Shown: in pieces, positions 1-9,087 of the stretch
Layout: every line of letters begins with the position of its first letter
How positions within the stretch are numbered: the first letter of the stretch is position 1
Origin: Deinococcus radiodurans R1 = ATCC 13939 = DSM 20539
GTDB taxonomy: Bacteria > Deinococcota > Deinococci > Deinococcales > Deinococcaceae
DNA length: 32,000 bases
Assembly (NCBI RefSeq): GCF_000008565.1
Contig: NC_001263.1
Coordinates: 40,906-72,905, forward strand
Direction of reading: 5' to 3'
Program-made: the position numbers and the translations under genes
Notes under the pieces: model-generated
What the model was told of the DNA's origin: nothing
The model's input: only the letters and a program-made list of their open reading frames with translations
Databases searched by the model: none

Positions 1-131
1 AGCTTCTCGAGCAGCTCAAGGCGGCGGGCAAGGGCGGCGAGGCGACCCGCATCCTGATGCGCGGTTACGGCGAAACGGTGGACGAGAGCCGGGCGCTGTA
101 CAAGCAGCTCAAGGCCATTCTCGACCAGTAA
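1..131 (+). CDS. 3' end of an upstream CDS; function not assignable
   Basis: Frame 3 is open from the window edge to TAA at 129-131 (...RILMRGYGETVDESRALYKQLKAILDQ*). Third codon positions are GC-rich. No recognisable motif. Confidence 0.5.
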   Translation, partial: LLEQLKAAGKGGEATRILMRGYGETVDESRALYKQLKAILDQ

Positions 132-144
132 CGCGGAGCCGGGG

Positions 145-918
145 ATGCACAAGTTTATTGCCATCGGGGACGTGCACGCCGAGTGGGACACCTTCTGGGA
201 GGCGCTGCGGGCGGCGAGCTGTGTGGACGCGGACGGCCTGCCCACGCCGCCAGTGCGTCTGGGACGCTATCAGGTAGTCGTCATCGGCGACCTCGTGCAT
301 CCCAAGTCGCCCGAGGCCTATACCCGGCTGACCGGCTGCGACCCTTTCGACATGAACGACGAGGACCACCGCCTGATTGCCGCGCGTGAGCAGGTGCGGC
401 AGCTCGAAAAGTTGCAGCGTTATCAGGCCGCCGCGCCGCACGCGGTGCATGTCATCCTCGGCAACCACGACGACGCTGTGCTCGACCCCCGTTTCGTACT
501 GGGCACGAGCGGTGGCCTCAAGCACGTCGAGTTCGACCCGGAGCACGGGGGCCTGCTGCTGCCGCCCCCCCTGCACGGCTGGATGAGCCACTTTCCACGG
601 GAGCTGCGGGTGGGCCGCCTGCAATTTGCCCACGTCTCGCCGCTGCCCGCCCACCTGTACTACGACGACCTGTTTTACAGCGACCGCAGCGCCAAAACCT
701 GGTTTCGTGATACGCCGGACTATGTGGACATGGCCGGGCTGGTCTTTGGGGTCTACGGCCACACCAAAACGGACGGCGGCGTCCTGCTGCACCACGCGCC
801 CACTGGGCAGCCGCTCTTCGCCATCATTGACGCCCTGACTGAGCGCGAGTATCTGGAAGTGCTGTACGACGCCGCCGCCGAAGTGCCTCTGCGTGGGGTC
901 AGTGTGGTGCCGTTCTGA
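145..918 (+). CDS. Metallophosphoesterase (calcineurin-like phosphoesterase family)
   Basis: 257-aa ORF with the ordered motifs GDVH (N-terminus), GDLVH, GNHD and GHT. GGAG lies about 8 nt upstream of the ATG. Confidence 0.75.
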   Translation: MHKFIAIGDVHAEWDTFWEALRAASCVDADGLPTPPVRLGRYQVVVIGDLVHPKSPEAYTRLTGCDPFDMNDEDHRLIAAREQVRQLEKLQRYQAAAPHAVHVILGNHDDAVLDPRFVLGTSGGLKHVEFDPEHGGLLLPPPLHGWMSHFPRELRVGRLQFAHVSPLPAHLYYDDLFYSDRSAKTWFRDTPDYVDMAGLVFGVYGHTKTDGGVLLHHAPTGQPLFAIIDALTEREYLEVLYDAAAEVPLRGVSVVPF

Positions 919-935
919 ATCTCTACTGTGTGGGC

Positions 936-964
936 TTGACAGAAGAGGGAACCGCCGTTAGACT
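936..964 (+). promoter_or_regulatory. Sigma70-like promoter for tRNA-Lys
   Basis: TTGACA (936-941), 17-nt spacer, TAGACT (959-964). It ends 12 nt upstream of the mature tRNA 5' end. Confidence 0.55.
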
Positions 965-974
965 TCTTTCCGCC

Positions 975-1053
<79 letters not shown>

Positions 1054-1060
1054 GAAAAGC

Positions 1061-1086
1061 CCCCCGCCACGTGCGGGGGATTTTTT
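1061..1086. terminator. Bidirectional intrinsic terminator (tRNA-Lys and the convergent GNAT gene)
   Basis: CCCCCGC-cacgt-GCGGGGG hairpin followed by A-TTTTTT on the plus strand. A T-run (CTTTTCC) follows it on the minus strand. Confidence 0.75.
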
Positions 1087-1870
1087 ATTGTCCTTCGGGG
1101 TGGCGCTTCAGCACGTAAAACGCCCGCTCGCTTTCCCGTGCCAGGTCGGTCACGCGGTAGCCGCGCCCCAGGTAAGCCGTCAGCGTGTCGCGTAGGGCGA
1201 GGCGCCAGGGGGCGCGCTCCTCGTCGGAGACGGCCAGCGGCACTTCTGCCAGCACGGTGGGCGCGTCGGCGGAGAGGTCCGGCGTGCCAGGGCGTGCCCC
1301 GACGCCACGCAGGACCACGGTGCCCAGCGGGGGCGAGGCGGGCGCAGGAACGTGGGGCCGGGTCAGGTCCCACTCCACCAGCAGGCGGTCGGCGTGTGGG
1401 GCGTACCAGTCGGGGAGGTAGGTGCTCGCCGTCACTCCCAGCTTGCCGAAGTTGAGCCGGGCGTTGCGGGCCACCAGCGGGTCGAAGGTCCAGGTCATGC
1501 GCGTCAGGCCCTGCGCCAGCGCCCGCCCGCGCTGCGCGAGTTTGAGGGCCACCGCCAGCCCGCTGCCGCGCACCTCGGGCCGCAGCGCCAGAAAGTGCGA
1601 GTGGTGCCAGAGGTCGTGGCCCCGGCCCGGCAGCTCCCTCCCCAGCAGCCCGCCCAGCGCCGGGAACCCGTAGGCCAGCCCCACCGCCGGGCCGCCCTCC
1701 GCGCGGTAGGCCGCCAGCACGATGCCCCCGGTGGCTGCGCTGATGCGGAACATGGTGGCGGGTAGCACCTCGCGGTCCTCAAAGCCCCAGGCCGCTGCCT
1801 GCACGTCTTCCAGTTCACGCATCGCCTGCGGGTCGGTCACGTCGCGGATGACGTAGCCGGGGACCGTCAC
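1085..1870 (-). CDS. GNAT-fold acyltransferase-like protein (COG3375-like), translationally coupled to the racemase
   Basis: 261-aa ORF. The segment [25 protein letters not shown]...[19 protein letters not shown] is typical of this GNAT subgroup. Its GTG start (1868-1870) overlaps the upstream TGA (1867-1869) as GTGA. Confidence 0.6.
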
Positions 1871-2994
1871 GCCCGGTGTTCCTCCTGCGCCTCGGTGACG
1901 GTCGCCAGGAACTCGCGGTCAAGGGTCACGCCCGTGCCCGGCCCCTGCGGCACTGGCATCAGGCCGTCCACGGCTTCGAGCGGCTCCTGAATCAGGTCGC
2001 GCTCCCAGTAGCGGCTGGCCGAACTGGTGTCGCCCGGCAAGCGGAAGTTGGGCAGCGTCGAGAGGTGGATGTTGTGCGCCCGCCCGATGCCGCTCTCCAA
2101 CATCCCGCCGCACCACACCGGGGCGCCGAAGCTCTGGGCCACGTCATGCACGCGCCGCGATTCGGCGTGTCCGCCCACGCGGGCCACCTTGAGGTTGATG
2201 ACGCCGCCCGCGCCCAGTGCCAGCGCCTTGCGGGCGTCCGCCGCCGACGCCACCGACTCGTCGAGGCACAGCGGCGTGCGGATGCGCCGGGCGAGTTCGG
2301 CGTGGTCTACGAGGTCGTCCCAGGCGAGCGGCTGCTCGATGTAGGTCAGGTCGTACTCGTCGAGTTGCCGCAGCCGCCCGGCGTCGGCCAGGGTGTAGGC
2401 GCTGTTGGCGTCCACCGTCAGGCGAATGTCGGGAAAGGCTTCACGGGTCGCCCGTACCGGCTGCACGTCCCAGCCGGGCTTGATCTTGAGCTTGATGCGG
2501 CGGTAGCCCTGCTCGACATGCTTTCGCACGAGGTCCACCGTCGCCTGCTCGCCCGCCTGAATGCCGAGGCTGACCCCCACCTCGACCTGCTCCTTGTGGC
2601 CGCCGAGCAGTGTCCCGAGCGGCACCCCCAGCGTGCGCGCCCACAGGTCCCAGGCCGCCATCTCGACCATCGCCCGTGCCATGCGGTTGCCCCGGTAGCT
2701 GCCGAGCGCGTCCGCCACCGCTTCGGGGTTGGCGAAGGTCTGCCCCAGGATGGCGGGCAAAAAGGTGCCGCGCAGCAGGTCCAGTGCCCCGGCAATCGTT
2801 TCCTCGCGGTACATGGGCCGCGCTTCCATGGTGCCCTCGGCGACGCCCTGCACGCCCTCACCGTGCAGAATCAGCAGCGGCACCACCTTGTGGGTTTGCA
2901 CCCCGAAACTCGTTTCAAAGCGGAACTTGAGCGGCAGCCGCGCCACGACGATTTCAGCAGCTTCAATTTTGAACATACGGCCAGTATGCGCCAT
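1867..2994 (-). CDS. N-acyl/N-succinyl amino acid racemase (NSAR/OSBS subgroup, enolase superfamily)
   Basis: The 375-aa product ([32 protein letters not shown]...KLKIKPGWD...DANSAY...IEQPL...LDES...KVARVGG) matches my memory of the crystallised D. radiodurans NAAAR almost residue for residue. The MR/MLE metal and KxK motifs are present. Confidence 0.92.
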
Positions 2995-3024
2995 CCGGCG
3001 GAGGCACCCCAGCTTTTATCCGGG

Positions 3025-3030
3025 TAAAAT
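3025..3030 (+). promoter_or_regulatory. -10 box (TAAAAT) placed for a leaderless transcript
   Basis: TAAAAT lies 6 nt upstream of the ATG at 3037. No Shine-Dalgarno sequence lies between them. Confidence 0.5.
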
Positions 3031-3036
3031 CTGGAC

Positions 3037-3615
3037 ATGACGGAACCCACTCTGACGGTTTTTGCCGGAGAAAAGCGGCTGCTGACCGGCTCCCTGCGCG
3101 AGGTGCTGACCTATCTCAAGGTGCAGGAGCCTGCGCAGGTGCTGATTTTCGATGACCAGACGGGCCGGCCGCGCGACTTCGACCTGTCGGGCTCGCTGGA
3201 GGACGTGCTGGCGCGCGAATTGCCGGGCGCGCCCGCCGGCTCGCTGAAACCGGGGCGCCCGAAGCTGGGCGTGGTCGCCCGCGAAATCACGCTGCTGCCC
3301 CGGCACTGGGCCTGGCTGGAAGCGCAGCCGGGCGGGGCGTCGGCGGCCCTGCGGAGATTGATCGACGAGGAGCGGCGCCGCCACCCCGGAGCCGAGGCCG
3401 CGTCGCAGGCTCAGGCCGCCGCCGACCGCTTTCTGAGCGCGGGCTGGGGTGACCTGCCCGGTTACGAGGACGCAAGCCGCGCCCTGTACGCCCGCGACGA
3501 GGCGCGGTTCCTGGCGCTGAGCGAAGGCTGGCCTGCCGATGTCCGTGCCCACGCGCTCGGGCTGGCGGCACCGGCCTTTGCGCCGCAGGGGACTGTGGCG
3601 GATGATGAGGCTTAG
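3037..3615 (+). CDS. Conserved hypothetical protein, DUF2239-like
   Basis: 192 aa. The block GRPKLGVVAREITLLPRHWAWLEAQPGGASAALRRLIDE matches the DUF2239 signature as I remember it. Confidence 0.6.
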   Translation: MTEPTLTVFAGEKRLLTGSLREVLTYLKVQEPAQVLIFDDQTGRPRDFDLSGSLEDVLARELPGAPAGSLKPGRPKLGVVAREITLLPRHWAWLEAQPGGASAALRRLIDEERRRHPGAEAASQAQAAADRFLSAGWGDLPGYEDASRALYARDEARFLALSEGWPADVRAHALGLAAPAFAPQGTVADDEA

Positions 3616-4197
3616 ATGACTGGCCCTGCGACCCCCGCTGCCGAGCTGACCCGGCTGGCGCACTCGCCCGACCCGGCGCTGCGGGCAGCGGTGGCCGGGC
3701 ACCCCAACACACCGCCAGAGACCCTGGCCGCGCTGGGGGCCGAGTTTCCCGCCGAGGTGCTGGGCAACCCGGCGCTGCCGCTGCTGCGCCTCGCCCAGCC
3801 GGGGTTGCTGGCCCGCTGGCCTGTGCGGACGCTCGAAGCTCTGGCCGCGGCCCCGGCAGCCCCCGTCTGGTTGCTGCGGCTCGCGGCGGCGCACGAGAAG
3901 ATTGACGTGCAACTCGCCGCCGTGACCCGCCCTGACCTGCCGGGCGACGTGCTGTTAAAGCTCTCGCACTCGCCCTTCTGGACCATCCGCGAGGCGGTGG
4001 CGCGCAAACCGCAGTTGCCGCCGGGCGTGCTGGGGCAGCTCGGGCACGACCTCGACTACGGCGTGCGGCTGTCGGTGGCGAACCGCAGCGACCTGTCCCG
4101 CGAATTGCGCGGGGCGCTGCGCCGTGACCCGCATCCGCTGGTGCGGGCGGTGGTCATTCTGGGTGAGCCGCAGGTCAGCGAACTCAGTCTCTCTTGA
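3616..4197 (+). CDS. Leucine-rich-repeat-variant (LRV/HEAT-like) repeat protein
   Basis: 193 aa with repeated units of the type L..SPDP.LR.AVA.HPNTPPE.L..L. The ATG abuts the upstream TAG (TAGATG), indicating translational coupling. Confidence 0.55.
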   Translation: MTGPATPAAELTRLAHSPDPALRAAVAGHPNTPPETLAALGAEFPAEVLGNPALPLLRLAQPGLLARWPVRTLEALAAAPAAPVWLLRLAAAHEKIDVQLAAVTRPDLPGDVLLKLSHSPFWTIREAVARKPQLPPGVLGQLGHDLDYGVRLSVANRSDLSRELRGALRRDPHPLVRAVVILGEPQVSELSLS

Positions 4198-4218
4198 TGG
4201 GTTTACCTTGAGGGCCGC

Positions 4219-4416
4219 ATGACTCCTGAGTTTCTCCGCCGCCGCAACGCCCTGTGGGCGAAACTGCGCTCGCTGCCGCCCGGCTCGCCCGAGTTCGAGA
4301 CGGTGCTCGGCGACCTCGCGCAGCTCATCGGCTGGGACCGGCCACGAATTCTGGCGGGGCTCGGTCTAAACGAGCCGGACAGTGAGTCGAATATGTCCCC
4401 CGGAGAGCGGCCATGA
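4219..4416 (+). CDS. Small hypothetical protein (65 aa)
   Basis: GAGGG lies 4 nt upstream of the ATG. GC3 is high over most of the ORF. Its stop overlaps the next gene's start (ATGA at 4413-4416). Confidence 0.45.
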   Translation: MTPEFLRRRNALWAKLRSLPPGSPEFETVLGDLAQLIGWDRPRILAGLGLNEPDSESNMSPGERP

Positions 4417-5177
4417 GCAGCGGGGGCGGCGCGCAGGCGGTGCAGTCGCTCGACTGGCAGCGGATGTTCCTCGGCGATTACGATCTGCTGTTTTACGTCG
4501 AAATCGTCATTCGGACGCTCATCATTCTGGTGTGGCTGCTGGCGCTGCTGCGGGTGGCGGGCAAACGCGGGGTCTCACAGCTCAGCCCGCTCGAACTCGC
4601 CATCGTCATCGGGCTGGGCTCGGCGGTGGGCGACGCGATGTTCTACGCCGAGGTGCCGCTGGTGCACGCCATGCTGGTGATGGCGCTGGTGGTCGGGTTT
4701 CAGCGGCTGGTCGCGCACCTCATCATCTCGCAGGAAAAGGTCGAGACGTTTCTGGAAGGCACGCCCGTCGAACTCGTCCGCGACGGTGTGATGCAGCTCG
4801 GTGGCCTGAAGCGTTCGGCGCTGAGCTACGAGGACCTCTTCGAGCGCCTGCGACCCGAGGGTGTGCGGCAGCTCGGGCAGGTGCAGCGCGCCTATTTCGA
4901 GCAAGACGGGCAGCTCTCGGTGTTCTGCCATCCAGATGGCAAGGCCCCGCCCGGCCTGCCTATCGTGCCGCCGTGGGACCTGGAAGTGCCGGCCCCGCCA
5001 CCCGACCACTACGCCGGCCTGCTGGCTTGCCTGCGTTGTGGCCGCATCCACGAGCAGTCAGCGGAGGAGTTACCCGTGCCCTGCGGCTGCGGCGGGACCG
5101 CCTGGACACCCGCTGTGCTCGACAGCCTGAGCGGCGACGCGGGCCAGGATAAGAGCCGAGACAAGAGGGGAGACTAA
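4413..5177 (+). CDS. DUF421 (YetF-like) membrane protein with a C-terminal Cys-rich ribbon
   Basis: 254 aa. N-terminal transmembrane segments and the [29 protein letters not shown] motif are typical of DUF421. The C-terminus carries CLRC-x15-CGC. Confidence 0.65.
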   Translation: MSSGGGAQAVQSLDWQRMFLGDYDLLFYVEIVIRTLIILVWLLALLRVAGKRGVSQLSPLELAIVIGLGSAVGDAMFYAEVPLVHAMLVMALVVGFQRLVAHLIISQEKVETFLEGTPVELVRDGVMQLGGLKRSALSYEDLFERLRPEGVRQLGQVQRAYFEQDGQLSVFCHPDGKAPPGLPIVPPWDLEVPAPPPDHYAGLLACLRCGRIHEQSAEELPVPCGCGGTAWTPAVLDSLSGDAGQDKSRDKRGD

Positions 5178-5205
5178 AACTCCACTTCCCGGCGCCCCGG
5201 CGGGC

Positions 5206-5211
5206 TATCTT
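5206..5211 (+). promoter_or_regulatory. -10 box (TATCTT) placed for a leaderless transcript
   Basis: TATCTT lies 6 nt upstream of the ATG at 5218, with no SD sequence. Confidence 0.45.
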
Positions 5212-5217
5212 CGCCCC

Positions 5218-6444
<1,227 letters not shown>

Positions 6445-6464
6445 TATTTTTCAGGGTGGTTTGA

Positions 6465-6986
6465 TTACTCGCGCCAGATGGCCCAGTGGTCGTCGAGCGC
6501 GTCCATCTGTTCGGGCGTGCGTCCGCCGAGGCGCAGCAGGCTCAAGACCTGCCCCCGGTGGTGGCTGTCGTGGACGATGATGTGCTGCAAAAAGTGAGCA
6601 GGGTTGGACTGGTAGGTGCCCTCGCTGTGCGGGTCGGGAAACGTGCGGCCCTCCGCCAGCGCCGACTGCACGGCCCGCAGCGCCGCCTCGTCGCCCAGAC
6701 GAAACGCCTCGGCCAGCTTGGAAAGGTCGCGCTCGGAGAGGTCGAACTTTTGCCAGGTGCCCTCGATGACATCGGGGATTCCCTCGGCGTCGGCGGGCGA
6801 AATGGCACTCAGCCAGCCGGGGCGAAAGTGGGCGAGGTGGCCGAGGTGCTGGCCCACCGTCCAGCCGCCGCGCCCGTCGGACAGGTCGAGGTCGGCGGGG
6901 GTCAGGGCGGCGAGCAAGGTGTCGTTGACGCGGCCATTGCGGCGGAAGGATTCGAGCAGGAGGTCGATGTTCGTATTGTTTGGCAT
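6465..6986 (-). CDS. DinB-family (DinB_2/YfiT-fold) protein
   Basis: The real start is the internal ATG at 6984-6986, with GGAGG 6 nt upstream. This gives 173 aa (MPNNTNIDLL...). Conserved His residues (GQHLGHLAHF, HDSHHRGQ) are typical of the four-helix DinB fold. The 309-aa track ORF is an artefactual 5' extension across the next gene. Confidence 0.75.
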   Translation of the reverse strand: MPNNTNIDLLLESFRRNGRVNDTLLAALTPADLDLSDGRGGWTVGQHLGHLAHFRPGWLSAISPADAEGIPDVIEGTWQKFDLSERDLSKLAEAFRLGDEAALRAVQSALAEGRTFPDPHSEGTYQSNPAHFLQHIIVHDSHHRGQVLSLLRLGGRTPEQMDALDDHWAIWRE

Positions 6987-7006
6987 GGATTCCTCCAGGG
7001 GAGCGG

Positions 7007-7363
7007 TCAGGGGCGGGCTTTCCACGGCATCGGACAGGAGGCGCGGCAGTCCGGAGTGGCCCTGCCGGGAAATGGTTGGCCGAACGAGCGGTTGCAGGCG
7101 CAGCGCAGCGGGGTGTTGGGATTGTTCAGGACGCGAAAACGCGGAGGCTTGAGCCGGTCGCCATAGTCCAGGGTCGCGCCGTACAGGACGCTTGCTGCCT
7201 CCGGAGAAAATCTTAACTCCACGCTCTCCTCGCTGAACACCATGTCGTTTTCCTGCCGTGTCAGGGCGAAAGCGTAGGCCGTGCCACAACACCCGCCCGG
7301 TTCCAGCGAGATTCGCAGCACCCCACCTAGAGCACAAATCTGCTCCCGTGCCGCTGGTGTCAC
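7007..7363 (-). CDS. IscA/HesB-family iron-sulfur cluster carrier-like protein; the true start is possibly ATT at 7373-7375
   Basis: Aligns by eye along its length with E. coli IscA: LRISLEPGGCCGTAY corresponds to LRLGVRTSGCSGMAY, and CACNRSF to CGCGESF. The three Cys ligand positions are conserved. Confidence 0.7.
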   Translation of the reverse strand: MTPAAREQICALGGVLRISLEPGGCCGTAYAFALTRQENDMVFSEESVELRFSPEAASVLYGATLDYGDRLKPPRFRVLNNPNTPLRCACNRSFGQPFPGRATPDCRASCPMPWKARP

Positions 7364-7390
7364 ACGTATCCGAATGAGCTATCACCTCCA

Positions 7391-8146
7391 TCAAGTTCGG
7401 TGGTGGGCCAGTCGGGATGCCTCTGCTTCTCCTGCTCTCATCAAACGCCGTCCGGCCTGGTACAGGTCCAGATTTCCGGCGGGTGTGGACTGGTCCGGCA
7501 GGGTCAGCACGTCCTCGAAACCGATGCGGCTCTCAAAGCCCAGAGCGGCGGCGCGGCGCAGAAGCGGCCAGGTCGCGTCGTCGATTCCATGCGCCAGCCG
7601 GGGCAGGTCGGGGCGGAAGTCATTCAGGGCGCCTAGCAGGATAGTCAATTCGGCGTGGGCCGTGTCGGGGTCGCCAGAGAGCGGTTCCAGCAGGACGCGC
7701 CGCCAGCTCAGGTGCTGGAGCGTGCGGAACTTCTGCACGTCAGCGGGCGTCCACAGCCCCGCTTCCAGGGCGACGCCCCGTGCCTCCGCCAGCGCCAGCA
7801 CGTCGTCTATGCCGGTTTCGGACAGGTTGACGCAGAGGGTGTCGGGCCACGCTGTCCATCCGGCAACCAGTCGGGCACGTTCGGCAGGCGTGGCGGCTAT
7901 GCCCTCGGCGGTGCTGATGGCGAGTTCCGCGTCGGGACAGACCGCACGAATGGCGTGCAGCGTGTCGGCCACCGCTTCCGGCGCCAGGGTCTGCTGGCCG
8001 CCCCGGTAGACGTGCAGGTGAAAGGCCCGCGCCCCCGCCGCGAACAGTTGCGCCACGTCGCGGGTGAGTTCGGCGGGGGTGTGGGGCACCGCCGGGTGCT
8101 CGGCCTGGCTGCGCGCCCCGTTGAGGCAGACTTGCAAAGAAGGCAC
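7391..8146 (-). CDS. Beta-keto acid cleavage enzyme family protein (BKACE/DUF849, 3-keto-5-aminohexanoate cleavage-like)
   Basis: 251 aa. The N-terminal LNGARSQAEHPAVPHTPAEL plus the HLHVY motif is characteristic of DUF849 TIM-barrel enzymes. The GTG start lies 2 nt after the upstream TAA. Confidence 0.65.
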   Translation of the reverse strand: MPSLQVCLNGARSQAEHPAVPHTPAELTRDVAQLFAAGARAFHLHVYRGGQQTLAPEAVADTLHAIRAVCPDAELAISTAEGIAATPAERARLVAGWTAWPDTLCVNLSETGIDDVLALAEARGVALEAGLWTPADVQKFRTLQHLSWRRVLLEPLSGDPDTAHAELTILLGALNDFRPDLPRLAHGIDDATWPLLRRAAALGFESRIGFEDVLTLPDQSTPAGNLDLYQAGRRLMRAGEAEASRLAHHRT

Positions 8147-8148
8147 GC

Positions 8149-8643
8149 TTACCCCAGCGGCGGCAGGTTGCGGCGTTCGTAGAAGGCGGGCGGGGTCACG
8201 CCGAGTTCGCGCAGGTACACGTAGCCCTGGCCCCGGTGGTGGACCTCGTTGTCAATCAAATACATCACGCTCATCAGCGGCGACATCTTCCCGAAGGGGG
8301 TGGTGGCCGGGGTCGCCCACATCTCAGTGCTTACCTGCGGCACTTCGGCGCCCAGCTCGGCAGTCAACTTGTCCCACCACGCGAGCAGCTCGGCGCGGCC
8401 CGGCAGCTCCTTTTTCTGGTCGTTCTCGTCCCAGGTCGGCTGACCCCGCCGGAACCAGTCGAGCTGGTACTCCACCATGCCCGCCAGTTCGCAGGCCATC
8501 GCCTGAAAGGGGCGCATGTCGGGGGCGTGGTGGGCGGCAAAGCCCTCCTCCGGGAAAGCCTCGATGACCCGGCGGGTCAGGTCGCGGTGGCCCTGCCAGT
8601 GGGCGAGCAGTTCGGCGGGAGACAGCAGCAGTTTGTCGCTCAT
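8149..8643 (-). CDS. DinB-family protein, first gene of the four-gene operon (possibly the radiation-induced ddrR)
   Basis: 164 aa with LAHWQGHRD...LIDNEVHHRGQ, typical of the DinB superfamily. GGAGG lies 7 nt upstream of the ATG. Counting genes between the racemase and ddrB places it at the locus I recall as ddrR. That assignment is from memory and unverified. Confidence 0.75.
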   Translation of the reverse strand: MSDKLLLSPAELLAHWQGHRDLTRRVIEAFPEEGFAAHHAPDMRPFQAMACELAGMVEYQLDWFRRGQPTWDENDQKKELPGRAELLAWWDKLTAELGAEVPQVSTEMWATPATTPFGKMSPLMSVMYLIDNEVHHRGQGYVYLRELGVTPPAFYERRNLPPLG

Positions 8644-8656
8644 TTCCTTTTCCTCC

Positions 8657-8673
8657 TGATGGACTCAGCGTAA
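8657..8673 (-). promoter_or_regulatory. Weak RDRM-like 17-mer upstream of the DinB operon
   Basis: The minus strand reads TTACGCTGAGTCCATCA. The left half (TTACGC) fits the RDRM half-site. The right half (CCATCA) fits ACRTAA at 4 of 6 positions. It matches the ddrB site at 9 of 17 positions. Confidence 0.25.
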
Positions 8674-8740
8674 AAGCGATTCCCGACAGGACATGACGTA
8701 TTTCGCAATGGGGTCGGCTCCCTCCCCGGTTCAACGTCCT

Positions 8741-8746
8741 TAGACT
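8741..8746 (+). promoter_or_regulatory. -10 box (TAGACT) placed for a leaderless transcript
   Basis: TAGACT lies 5 nt upstream of the ATG at 8752, with no SD sequence. Confidence 0.45.
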
Positions 8747-8751
8747 GGGGC

Positions 8752-9087
8752 ATGTCCGACCTGAAACTGGTGCTGCATGTCTCCGAAGCCGACCGCTGGC
8801 ACGCCGTGCTGAGCAACCTCGTCAACCTGACCGCGTTGGAGGACCGGCCCGAGGTGCGCGTGGTGGTCAACGGCTCGGCGGTGTACGTGCTGCAAGGCGA
8901 ACACGACCAGCTCGCGCAGATGGCGAAAGCGGCAGCGGCGGGCGTGACCTTTCAGATTTGCAATAACTCGCTCAGGGCGCACGACATCCCGGCGGCCAAC
9001 CTGCCGAACTGGGCGCAGACGGTCCCGGCGGGCGTGCTGGCGCTGGCGGAGGCGCAGCGGGGCGGCTTTGCGTACATCAAGCCGTGA
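8752..9087 (+). CDS. DsrE/DsrF-like family protein (COG1416-like)
   Basis: 111 aa. The pattern LKLVLHVSEAD...VVVNGSAV...FQICNNSL...VPAGVLALAE...GFAYIKP is typical of the small DsrE-like fold. Confidence 0.6.
   Translation: MSDLKLVLHVSEADRWHAVLSNLVNLTALEDRPEVRVVVNGSAVYVLQGEHDQLAQMAKAAAAGVTFQICNNSLRAHDIPAANLPNWAQTVPAGVLALAEAQRGGFAYIKP

Noticed and set aside
1876-3027. 383-aa plus-strand ORF antisense to the racemase. Similar long antisense or alternate-frame ORFs occur at 8952-10094, 10203-11426, 10394-11734, 11810-13612, 14422-15690, 15612-16988, 18332-19663, 25893-27818 and 29381-31081.
   Set aside because: Stop codons are rare in all frames at ~67% GC. These ORFs have Arg/Gly/Pro/Ala-rich nonsense composition, poor third-position bias and no motifs. 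Each overlaps a gene with clear family signatures on the other strand or in another frame.
4494-4510. RDRM-like 17-mer TTACGTCGAAATCGTCA
   Set aside because: It lies inside the DUF421 coding region. Only the left half-site fits and the central T is missing, so it is most likely a chance match.
6987-7394. N-terminal 136 codons of the 309-aa track ORF 6465-7394
   Set aside because: This stretch overlaps the IscA-like gene in another frame. The DinB homology begins only at the internal ATG at 6986, which has a GGAGG SD, and the upstream part has no coding bias.
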